The notes beneath the pieces are model-generated. The model saw only the letters and a list, made by a program, of their open reading frames with translations, was not told the origin of the DNA and searched no databases. From the IMG/VR virus record IMGVR_UViG_3300037067_019204, positions 1 to 64,000 of that record: a stretch of DNA of 64,000 nucleotides; one strand, written 5' to 3'. The stretch's first letter is position 1. Each line of letters opens with the position of its first letter. The stretch is from a virus (Duplodnaviria > Caudoviricetes). The position numbers and the translations under genes were made by a program. This document shows positions 31,231-39,973 of this stretch, piece by piece.

Positions 31231-31266
31231 AAAAAAGGCATGGAACTTTTGCTCCCATGCCTTTTT
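31231..31266 (-). terminator. Intrinsic terminator (attenuator) directly upstream of tRNA array
   Basis: AGGCATGGGAGC-AAAA-GTTCCATGCC-TTTTTT. Confidence 0.8.
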
Positions 31267-31297
31267 ACTTTATATTAACTTTTTGCCCAAAAGTAAA

Positions 31298-31435
31298 TTA
31301 CATGGGAACACCCCTTTGTGATTCTAATGCTACTGTAATGGCATAAGAATAACTTTGAGGCATAAAACGTCCCTCACCTCTTATGGAACAGAGGACTTGT
31401 TTCAAACTAAATATGTTGTTCTTCCTTTTTATCAT
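31298..31435 (-). CDS. Putative leader peptide (45 aa, or 21 aa from internal ATG at 31363)
   Basis: MIKRKNNIFSLKQVLCSIRGEGRFMPQSYSYAITVALESQRGVPM*; GAGGTGAGGGA before the second Met; 3' end complementary to terminator arm. Confidence 0.6.
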   Translation of the reverse strand: MIKRKNNIFSLKQVLCSIRGEGRFMPQSYSYAITVALESQRGVPM

Positions 31436-31441
31436 ATAAAC

Positions 31442-31470
31442 AAACTACTATATAACTATGTTTTTGTCAA
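31442..31470 (-). promoter_or_regulatory. Sigma70-type promoter for leader and tRNA array
   Basis: TTGACA-N17-TAGTTT, 6 nt before the leader ATG. Confidence 0.6.
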
Positions 31471-32866
31471 CCCTTTTATTTTATTTATCGGTACAAATAA
31501 TAAGAAACTTTAGCGTTTTTTATAGGAATATTAAAAATTTTTTTAAAAATTAAATTTCCTCTAACCATTTATCAAGAGATTTTACATCAGAAAGCTTAAA
31601 ACAGCTAACCCATATTAAATTATGAAGTATTATATATTCTACTAATATTGAATATACAAACTGCGCCATTTTATCTCTAAATGCTTTATTATAATCTTTT
31701 TCAAATAGTTTCTTTTTCACAACCGCCCGTATTGGATGGGATTTATAGACTGACATAGAAAACTGTGTTTTATTCAAAAAATAACCTAAAAAATCCTTTT
31801 TTAAATTCAATTTATTGCATAAATCAAAAATTTCATTAATTGAAACAAAATTTTTCTCTATCTTATTTTTAGATGCATTACATATTTCATATATACGTTT
31901 TTTATTTATAACTCTATAAAGATTCATTTTTTGAAATATATTTATTGTTTTATAATATGCTTCTAAAAAGATACCAAAATTTGAAATGTAATTTTTAAGA
32001 TTATCTAAATGAGTCTTTTGTAAAATTTTCATATCTTCTTTATTAAAAGTGGATATGTAACCCTCTTCGACCAAAAACAACCAACTGATTGAACGTTGTT
32101 TTATTACTTTTTTATTATCAATTTTCATATATCATATGCTTTAGTAAGAATAACGAAACCTATTACACACAAAATAACATAACCAAATACTACTAAAGCA
32201 CAAAGCCAATCCCATGCTGGCCAAAAATTTTCAAGTGTGTAGCACCCAAAGAATATTGAGAGCATTTCATGAGCCTCACCCTGTTCTTGTGCTGTTATCT
32301 GTTGTATTGCAGTTTGATACGCAAAAGACGATTCATCCATTTCACGAATAATTTCAAGCCTATCTCTAAGAGATTTTAAAGCTTTAAGATTAAAATCAAA
32401 ACTAGAATTAGGAATTTTAAAAATAATAGCATCATAATCAGAATGCTTCATGTTTTCTAATGCAGAAACAAATTGATCTACATATTCCTGTTTAGCCTTA
32501 ATAGTTGAACTTTTATCTGCTAAATCCCAATAACCCCGTATGTTGTTTTGATATGAATAATAATTAGAGACACAACCTTTGATATGAGCACCACAAAACA
32601 CACATGCAGATATAACAATAATCCAACCAACTCTTATTAACTTAATATCATTCATTTTTTTACCTCTTTTTAAATAAATAATTTTATTTACCATGAACAG
32701 ATTTAAAACTAGTAGGAACTATAATCGATGCCTTATACATTCGTTTTGCTTGTTTTCCACACTTGCATTCTACAATTTCAGGAAAATTTTCCTGTTCATA
32801 TGGTTTTTTATACTCAATTATATTACCACACTCACACTTATAATCTGCTATCATTTATATCTCCTT

Positions 32867-34390
32867 TTATGCAATATCAATCCTTATATCATGCTTTTTA
32901 CAATATTTGTTGATTATGTGCCGATGATCTTTATTCTCAATACTTGTGTTTCTCTTTGCTCGTAATTGAATTACACGATTTTTTCTAATTTCCATATTGT
33001 ATAGTAATTCCCCACATTTTTTATCATATATGCCCAATAGTATGCATTCTTTAGTTCTATATCTATCTGAATAAGAAGCAATACAATTATGCATCATACT
33101 ACCCCAACTAGCTAAATCAGAGGGCTGGTGTGGAACAGTAAACTTTAATTCATCTATATCTTCTTCATATTTATGGAGATCTTCTATCTCATATGGTTTA
33201 TTCCTATCTTTCATCGTTATATAATTCTGTATTTTTGAAAAAGTATCATGCAAATGTTGTGGAGTAAAACATTTTTTTTCTTGTTTTAGTATTTCCATAT
33301 TTTTAAATTCATTATCTTTTTTTATTGTATGATACATCCTAAGTGTATCATAATTATGAGGATAATTCAAAAATGAATTAGATTTTTGTGTATATCCATA
33401 AGATATATCAGGAGACAATGATTCTCGTTTATCATCATCTCTCATTATAAAATCAGCTAATTTATTTTCTGATAATTCTTTTTTAACATCTTTAGCAAAC
33501 ACTTCAAAATGTTCTGGTAATAAAAATAAATTATTAACATGCTCATTATACTCATTACGAGCATTGTAATAATTAAGAATATGTTTTAAAACAGAGGTTT
33601 TTATATCAAGATTATCAAATTGTTTACAAATTATAGGGAGACGATAAAAATCAATTTTTTTGATTGGAGTATCTAATAAATTTCTAACAATAGATTTTTT
33701 GTATGGTAATTCCATAAAGTTAATTAAATCTTTTACAGTAGAAATTTCCATATCTTTAAATATTTCTCTGTGCTTGTCATATTTTAATGAATACAAAAAA
33801 TCAGAACTAAGTTTAAGAATGGGAAAATGATCATAAACCATATAAGCAAAAAATAAATTAACAGGTAATTCTTCCCCAAAAAGATATTCTGATATAGTTT
33901 TATAAATTCTATAGTATTGTTGTTCAAATAATTTAGCATTAGCACCTAATTTATATTTTGTGGCTTTGTATATAAAAGAAATAGGATTATCTACATCAAG
34001 ATAGTCCCAAAATTTAAAAGTTTCACTATCAGAAGATATAAAAGATTCAGGATCAAAAGAAAGAACAGAATTTTTTTCTTTTTTTTCTAGTTCATCTCCT
34101 TTAAATTTAAAGGAACTATTTTTATGAATAATAGAAGCAGATCTTTTATTATTTTCTTCATGTAATTCTAAAATTACTCTTTCAATTTGATCTGAAGCAG
34201 ATATATAAGATGTTGTATTACAATTAGAACAGGAATATAGTTTACTATTAGGAACTAATACTTCTGGAATAAAAAAAGTTTTTTGGCATTCAGTACAATA
34301 TACTGTACTTCCCAAAGAGCTACGTTTATTTCTATTTAAAATAAATAGTGGGATAACTTCTTTATTAACTGGAATAGATTCTATAAGCAT
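32867..34390 (-). CDS. PcfJ-domain protein
   Basis: VPHQPSDLASWGSMMHNCIASY...MEIR...IQLRAKRN. Confidence 0.75.
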   Translation of the reverse strand: MLIESIPVNKEVIPLFILNRNKRSSLGSTVYCTECQKTFFIPEVLVPNSKLYSCSNCNTTSYISASDQIERVILELHEENNKRSASIIHKNSSFKFKGDELEKKEKNSVLSFDPESFISSDSETFKFWDYLDVDNPISFIYKATKYKLGANAKLFEQQYYRIYKTISEYLFGEELPVNLFFAYMVYDHFPILKLSSDFLYSLKYDKHREIFKDMEISTVKDLINFMELPYKKSIVRNLLDTPIKKIDFYRLPIICKQFDNLDIKTSVLKHILNYYNARNEYNEHVNNLFLLPEHFEVFAKDVKKELSENKLADFIMRDDDKRESLSPDISYGYTQKSNSFLNYPHNYDTLRMYHTIKKDNEFKNMEILKQEKKCFTPQHLHDTFSKIQNYITMKDRNKPYEIEDLHKYEEDIDELKFTVPHQPSDLASWGSMMHNCIASYSDRYRTKECILLGIYDKKCGELLYNMEIRKNRVIQLRAKRNTSIENKDHRHIINKYCKKHDIRIDIA

Positions 34391-34396
34391 GTTAAG

Positions 34397-34825
34397 TTAC
34401 ATCATTTCATTTAATAATTCACGAACCTTCATTAAACTAATACCTAATTGATTTCTACCCACACCATTAATTTTTCCCCAATAATTGTCTACTGGGCTTG
34501 CTTCTTCAAGATAAGAATCTCCAGTAGCAATCAATTGTTCGGCAATATCTTTATTTTGCGTAAATTTGCATACTAACGCAAAAAGCATTATTTTATCTTT
34601 AACTTGATCCCAATCTTTTCTTAAAGCAATAATATTACCATTTTGTCTAGATAACTTAGGTGTAGGACTTTTTCTTATAAATTCATGGTCAGATTCTGTT
34701 TTTGCTTTATATGCTTGATAAAAATGTTCTGAGGTTGGATATAATTTACCATTACATATAATTTCAGATTTATAAAAATTAGACATAAATCCAAATTGCT
34801 CATTTGTTTTATAAAATTTTATCAT
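34397..34825 (-). CDS. NADAR (YbiA-like) family protein
   Basis: SNFY...SEHFYQAYK...KFTQN...LEEASP.DNYWG...GRNQLG. Confidence 0.9.
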   Translation of the reverse strand: MIKFYKTNEQFGFMSNFYKSEIICNGKLYPTSEHFYQAYKAKTESDHEFIRKSPTPKLSRQNGNIIALRKDWDQVKDKIMLFALVCKFTQNKDIAEQLIATGDSYLEEASPVDNYWGKINGVGRNQLGISLMKVRELLNEMM

Positions 34826-34860
34826 GATATTTAACCCCCTATATTTTATAAATAAAAAAA

Positions 34861-34932
34861 GAGGTAAAAAGTTTAAATCGTTGTTTTTTAGCTAATTTAG
34901 TTATAGTTGATAAACAATTTAATCCGTACCTC
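34861..34932 (-). ncRNA. Y-RNA-like gene 6 (compact), downstream of Ro60
   Basis: GAGGTA-CGGA-TTAAATTGT-TTATC...ACGATTTAA-ACTTTT-TACCTC. Confidence 0.7.
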
Positions 34933-34943
34933 TTTTTTTGTTT

Positions 34944-36560
34944 TTATAGTTTTCCCATACTAAATTGACTAATTATTTGTGGTGCGGCACTATCAAATCC
35001 TACTATATCCAATGAATTTGGATCTTGAGGATCTGCTATAGAAAATTCAGACCCAACCATTCCAACAACAATCATTTTAGCATCTTTAATCCTCTGGTTT
35101 CTATACTCATGCAAGGCTTGCATAGGATGCATCTTCCCAAACCAAGTTTCATTATCTGTATATGTAACAAATACATCAAAATCAAGTTTCCTATCTTTTG
35201 CCCATATCATTGGAACAGAGCAATCAGTTCCAGCAAAAGGAAGATTTCTCATTTTTTGAAGAGTTTGTCCCAATGTCATATCTGGAGTTATGTCCAAATT
35301 AACAAAATTTGTAGAAAAACCCATTACTTCATAATTTTGTTCTTTTCTTGCTGTAACCATAGCCATACAAGCACTAGCTTCACGACAAGTTAATATCCCC
35401 TGTGCTCCAGAAATATAACTATTTGTCATTGAACCAGATACATCTAGCCCAAGAAGATAACGTTTTCCTGTAGATTCAACATTTTTAAAACTTAAATAAA
35501 ACATTTCTTCAAGAGCATCCACAATTTTTTGAACAGGAACCCAAGAAAGTTTTCCTTTAATTCCATGACCCATTGAATATGTCTTCATGGCAATCAAGAT
35601 ATTCAAAGGATGCATTCTACTTTTTTCTACATGAGAAAGATCAGTTAATTTTTTTGTAACTAAATTAATCTCATCAAACTTACCTTTTGAAAGAATTTCT
35701 AAAGAGCTTAGTTTTCCGAGATTACGAACCAAAGCTCCTAAAGGCAAATCATCCAAAGCAGAATTCCATACTTTTGCACGATTCTTTAACTCTGTTGGCC
35801 ATGCTTCATGAGGAATCTTATATTCTTTTATAAGCTTGCAAGCATCTTTTTCAGAAGCGTTTTTAAGTTCTTCTACAGCTTTCAAAAGATTAAATCCTTC
35901 AGAAATCTCACCTTTAACTGCATATTTAAACAATGAATTATGCTTATCAGACACAGGTTTTACGTGCGCAGAACGAAGCACATCACGATGTGTCCATTGG
36001 TTATTTGAACCTTCTACAGTACGACCTTGATACTTGATCATTTGATATTCAAGTTTTTCTGGGGACATGCTATACCAATTAGCTATAGCACTACGCACTG
36101 AACGACCCCAACTTCTCATTGAATCCAAGTAATGCACAAACATAAACAAGTGTGTTCCTATACGGCATACTTTAGGAAGTGCTTGAACAATTTCTTTTTT
36201 AACATCAAAATCTTTGCATTGAGTAAACAATACTGCTAACAAATAGATTGCTTGATCATTTTTAGGTGCACGGCCCTCATCAGAAATTTTAACTATTGTT
36301 TCAAGAACACGCTTTGGGTTTTCATTAATACAAGCAATACAGTTTTCTATATTAGCTTTAGTCAAATCATGTTCTGAAACATAATATGTTCCACCCTCTG
36401 AAGAAAGGATAAGAAATCTTTCCAATCTTTTCCATTTGTCAATAATGAAGGTATAACCACCTGCATTATTCATAGCCATTTCTTTTTCACGACCCGGAAT
36501 GGGCTTATATTGAGGTGTTCTCTTGTTATTAATTTGATGTTTTGTGTAATTGATAGCCAT
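34944..36560 (-). CDS. rsr: Ro60/Rsr RNA-binding protein (TROVE + vWA)
   Basis: NNAGGY...LERFLILSSEGGTYY; WTHRDVLRSAH; ALVRNLG; MIDAS DVSGS; TDNET; GFDS. Confidence 0.95.
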   Translation of the reverse strand: MAINYTKHQINNKRTPQYKPIPGREKEMAMNNAGGYTFIIDKWKRLERFLILSSEGGTYYVSEHDLTKANIENCIACINENPKRVLETIVKISDEGRAPKNDQAIYLLAVLFTQCKDFDVKKEIVQALPKVCRIGTHLFMFVHYLDSMRSWGRSVRSAIANWYSMSPEKLEYQMIKYQGRTVEGSNNQWTHRDVLRSAHVKPVSDKHNSLFKYAVKGEISEGFNLLKAVEELKNASEKDACKLIKEYKIPHEAWPTELKNRAKVWNSALDDLPLGALVRNLGKLSSLEILSKGKFDEINLVTKKLTDLSHVEKSRMHPLNILIAMKTYSMGHGIKGKLSWVPVQKIVDALEEMFYLSFKNVESTGKRYLLGLDVSGSMTNSYISGAQGILTCREASACMAMVTARKEQNYEVMGFSTNFVNLDITPDMTLGQTLQKMRNLPFAGTDCSVPMIWAKDRKLDFDVFVTYTDNETWFGKMHPMQALHEYRNQRIKDAKMIVVGMVGSEFSIADPQDPNSLDIVGFDSAAPQIISQFSMGKL

Positions 36561-36580
36561 AGCTAATCTCCTTTTATAAA

Positions 36581-36649
36581 TTTAGGTCAAGTAGTTGTAA
36601 TGGAATTGCATCACCCAAATGTAGATAACCCATCACGTCCGTACCTAAA
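36581..36649 (-). ncRNA. Y-RNA-like gene 5 (compact)
   Basis: TTTAGGTACGGA-CGTGATGG-GTTATC...CCATTAC-AACTA-CTTGACCTAAA. Confidence 0.8.
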
Positions 36650-36655
36650 AACCTA

Positions 36656-36782
36656 TGGCCAAAGAGTTGGACTCGAACCAACGACCCACAGTTTCCAATG
36701 ATAACCCTATTCTCCGTGCATTTCTGCCAAGTTGTTGAAAAGGGAAATACAACTGCTGCTCTACCAACTGAGCTATCTTTGA
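36656..36782 (-). ncRNA. Y-RNA-like gene 4: tRNA body with Ro-binding helix in place of anticodon loop
   Basis: Canonical acceptor, D and T arms; insert ...CTTGGCA-GAAA-TGCACGGA-GAATAGGG-TTATC...; acceptor followed by CCA. Confidence 0.8.
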
Positions 36783-36790
36783 CATGCATA

Positions 36791-36870
36791 TTTGGTAAAT
36801 TTTTTTTGATCAGAAAGTTCTTTTCAGAACAACCAATTTCATGTTGATAACTGATCAAATCCGTACCAAA
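36791..36870 (-). ncRNA. Y-RNA-like gene 3 (compact)
   Basis: TTTGGTACGGA-TTTGATCAG-TTATC...CTGATCAAA...TTTACCAAA. Confidence 0.75.
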
Positions 36871-36873
36871 ATT

Positions 36874-36997
36874 TTCCGTGGGTTGGACTTGAACCAACGA
36901 CCCCTTCCTTACAATGGATAATCCTCTTTCATTCGTACATTACTGTCAAGTGGTGAAAAAGGAACTTTAAGTGCTCTACCAATTGAGCTACCACGGA
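36874..36997 (-). ncRNA. Y-RNA-like gene 2: tRNA body with Ro-binding helix in place of anticodon loop
   Basis: TCCGTGG/CCACGGA acceptor, canonical D and T arms; insert ...CTTGACA-GTAA-TGTACGAA-TGAAAGAGGA-TTATC... Confidence 0.8.
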
Positions 36998-37007
36998 ATA
37001 TATACTA

Positions 37008-37072
37008 CAGGTAAAATTTATACTATTCGGGGGGTATCTCTTGACTTGATAACCGAATAGAATCCGTACCTG
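37008..37072 (-). ncRNA. Y-RNA-like gene 1 (compact)
   Basis: CAGGTACGGA-TTCTATTCGG-TTATC...CCGAATAG...TTTACCTG; TTGACA box about 35 nt upstream. Confidence 0.75.
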
Positions 37073-37131
37073 ATATTTTCATATAATATAAATATTAAAT
37101 ACTTGTCAACAAAAAAATTATCAATAAAACA

Positions 37132-37165
37132 AAAAAAGCGGTGGATTTTAAGGCCCACCGCTTTT
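37132..37165 (-). terminator. Intrinsic terminator
   Basis: AGCGGTGG...CCACCGC-TTTTTTT. Confidence 0.75.
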
Positions 37166-37290
37166 AATATAAAAATTACGTATATATAAATTCTAACTTC
37201 AACCTGTACGGGAAGCTAGAAATATTCAGGAATTGTATTTAAACTTTCCTGAGTTGTAATGGGTGATGACTTTTTTAAAATCTTAATAAG

Positions 37291-37319
37291 ATTATACTAA
37301 TTATTTTTCAAAACGTCAA
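37291..37319 (-). promoter_or_regulatory. Sigma70-type promoter
   Basis: TTGACG-N17-TATAAT. Confidence 0.7.
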
Positions 37320-37547
37320 CAAAAAATTAAATTTTTTTATCAAAATCAAAAAAATTTTTTGCTAATTTAAAAATTATACTATATGTATTACCTGTTCTAT
37401 TGGTACAATAACTAACAATATTGCCATACTGACCAATTTCATCAGCAATACGATCAACCTCTGGACCAGAACCTAAAAATTTATGGGCTGGTAATAACAC
37501 AACTGCTGTTTTTGAATTTGCGTAAAATGCTTTCATGCATACTATCC

Positions 37548-38471
37548 TTACATCGGCACATTGCCGCGAATTCCAAAGCCCAACATAGAGCTTAATGGTG
37601 TAACACCTGTTTGGCTTACTTGGTTCATAGCAAACCCAACCCATCCCATAGCTGCAAATGGGTAAGATCCAACTCCTATTCCAGCATGATTTGCGTAATT
37701 CCATTTAAGGGCCATTTTATCAGTATTATACTTTGATATAAGACTTTGCATCCATGATGCAATATGACCAACCCTATCATAGGATAAAACCAATCCAGCG
37801 TCAGAGGTTGAAAAGTTAATATCAATCTCTAATATTCCCCACGCATCTAAGCATCTTATTACAGCACCCCTAACAATCAAATCCACAAGATCATAAGGAA
37901 TGCCACAAAAAGTTCTATAGTAAGGATTCATTTGCTTATCTGTAGTAGTATCAGCAAATTGCCACCAATAAGTTGTTGCAGGTGGTTGCCAATTTATCTC
38001 TAAAAGAGAACCCTCAACCATTTGTCGAAGTTCTTCTACTGAAAATTTCTTATCCCAACCACCCGCAAAAGACACAACCCCATTTTCACCTATATAATCT
38101 GAACTAGAAATAGTTACACCCGGATTTGGAAATCTTTTTCTTATTAAATCCACTCGTGTAAGAAGCATTTGAATAATCTCATGCTCAACCCATGTCATTA
38201 TTTTAAATAATCTTGGATCAAATATGGTATAATCAGCTAATGCGGGTTCAGTTCCCGGATAAATTTTTGTATTATCTATAGTTATATTAAAAACATCTTC
38301 ATCCCCAGTAGAGGTTGTTACAGTTCTCCATGAATAATAATCATTCATGCCATAAACACCAGTACTAGTATCATACATAACATAAACAAGTGCATCTTTA
38401 TCAAGTATTTCTTCTGTAGAAAAAGTTACACCTGTTGTTGATTGAGAAACTAAACTTACTAATCGTAACAT
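37548..38471 (-). CDS. Putative neck/head-completion protein
   Basis: Position downstream of capsid genes; INFSTSDAGLVLSYDR segment; positional inference. Confidence 0.45.
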   Translation of the reverse strand: MLRLVSLVSQSTTGVTFSTEEILDKDALVYVMYDTSTGVYGMNDYYSWRTVTTSTGDEDVFNITIDNTKIYPGTEPALADYTIFDPRLFKIMTWVEHEIIQMLLTRVDLIRKRFPNPGVTISSSDYIGENGVVSFAGGWDKKFSVEELRQMVEGSLLEINWQPPATTYWWQFADTTTDKQMNPYYRTFCGIPYDLVDLIVRGAVIRCLDAWGILEIDINFSTSDAGLVLSYDRVGHIASWMQSLISKYNTDKMALKWNYANHAGIGVGSYPFAAMGWVGFAMNQVSQTGVTPLSSMLGFGIRGNVPM

Positions 38472-39836
38472 TATATATAACCTATATATAGTCTATACAA
38501 TAGATAACTAAACCTGCTGTAGTAGTACCAGATTCTGATTTTTGTATCAGTAAATAATCAATTGTTTCAGATTGATACTCAATATCCTGATTAAACAAAG
38601 TTTTACTTGAAAAAGAATCACCATTAGCAACACCAATTCCAATAAACACAGTTCCTGTCGAAGTTATTCTATATTCATGGATTTCATTTTTATTCAAAAA
38701 GTTAATTTCTATTGCTTTTCCAGTAGAATTTTTGAAAAAAACTTGTTGGGGAGTGGATCTTCCACCCAAAGAACTAATTACACCACAATCAATCATAATT
38801 TGATTATTAGTATCAAGTTCTGTTGTTGTAATAGTTATTTTTTTATTTTTCAAGTACTATTCTCCTAAATCATAAAGTTATCTAATGGATTTTTTTTCCA
38901 AAAGAGCTGTCCTTATATTGTTATAATTAACAACCACAGGATTACTAATTATATAATCTAATTCTTCATTATTTAAATCTGCATTTACTGCCCAATCAAC
39001 AAATTCTTCAGATGTCCATCCCAAATGAGCATTTATTGGATCAGTGGAAAGCCTTAATTTTTCCAATTTACTCAAAATCATTGGACGAATTCGTGGAGTT
39101 TGAGGTTGCGCAACCCTTTGTTGAGTAACAGCATTCATAGTTTGAGTTGTTTGCTGTTGCTGTTGTGCTGCCATAGATGCCGCAGCCATATTCTCTCTTT
39201 CCCTTTCAATAATTTTCTTACTTTGAAGTCTTTTCTTTTTTTCTTCATAGTATTCTTCTGGAGTAAGTCGTTTCAAAAGAGGACGTTCTGAATATTCATC
39301 ACAAGCTGCTCTTAAATCTCTCAAACTTTTAAGCTCTTCAAGAGTTCGATCTTTAAGTAAATCTACACAATCTCCTACACGTATTACAATATCAGGATCA
39401 TTTTCTTTCAATCCTTTTACAGTAACATGACCATTAGAAATATTTTTTATATAAAATGTCTCATTGCCAAGATCATCATTAAAAATACCAGTTCTTTTAG
39501 GACTAGTATTAATTGCTTGAGATTCACCAAGTGCTATTTCCAATTCTTCAATTTTAGAAGAAATTCCTTGTTTGGACACAGAAATAGGAGTCATCTCTTC
39601 TCCTTGCGCATTTACTATAACAGTTTTTGGTATTGATTGTATAGGTTGTGCGGGTTGTATTGGTGGCATGATATGTTCTGTTGTATCAAAACCTGCTTTT
39701 TCATTTTGATTTTGCAATTTAGCAAAAAGTTGTTGTTGTTGTGGATTTAAATTCATATTATATCTCCTTTTATATGATTAGACACTAAAATATTAGTCTT
39801 TTTTGTTAAAATTTTAAGTATTTTTTGTTTTAAAGA

Positions 39837-39858
39837 ACGATTATGGCTCCGAAATCGT
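39837..39858 (+). repeat. Dispersed 22-bp motif, copy 2
   Basis: Identical to 15940 copy (26 bp identical including flanks). Confidence 0.8.
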
Positions 39859-39973
39859 AATAATTCTATTTTTGTTATAAAATTATGTCACAAAACTCAT
39901 TCTTTGTAATGAAAAACTGGCTCATTTTATAATGAGCCAGTTTTTTCTTGTTTTATTCTTTCTTTTTAAAAAT

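Noticed and set aside
33573-33603. Partial similarity to spacer 12060-12094
   Set aside because: 14-nt AT-rich core that needs a gap to extend; compatible with chance
36574-36897. 107-aa ORF upstream of Ro60
   Set aside because: Runs through the structured Y-RNA-like genes; no protein features
36656-36997. Reading the two tRNA-like elements as intron-containing tRNAs
   Set aside because: Inserts are too short for group I introns, no clean 7-nt anticodon loop is restored, and they carry the same motif as the neighbouring non-tRNA elements
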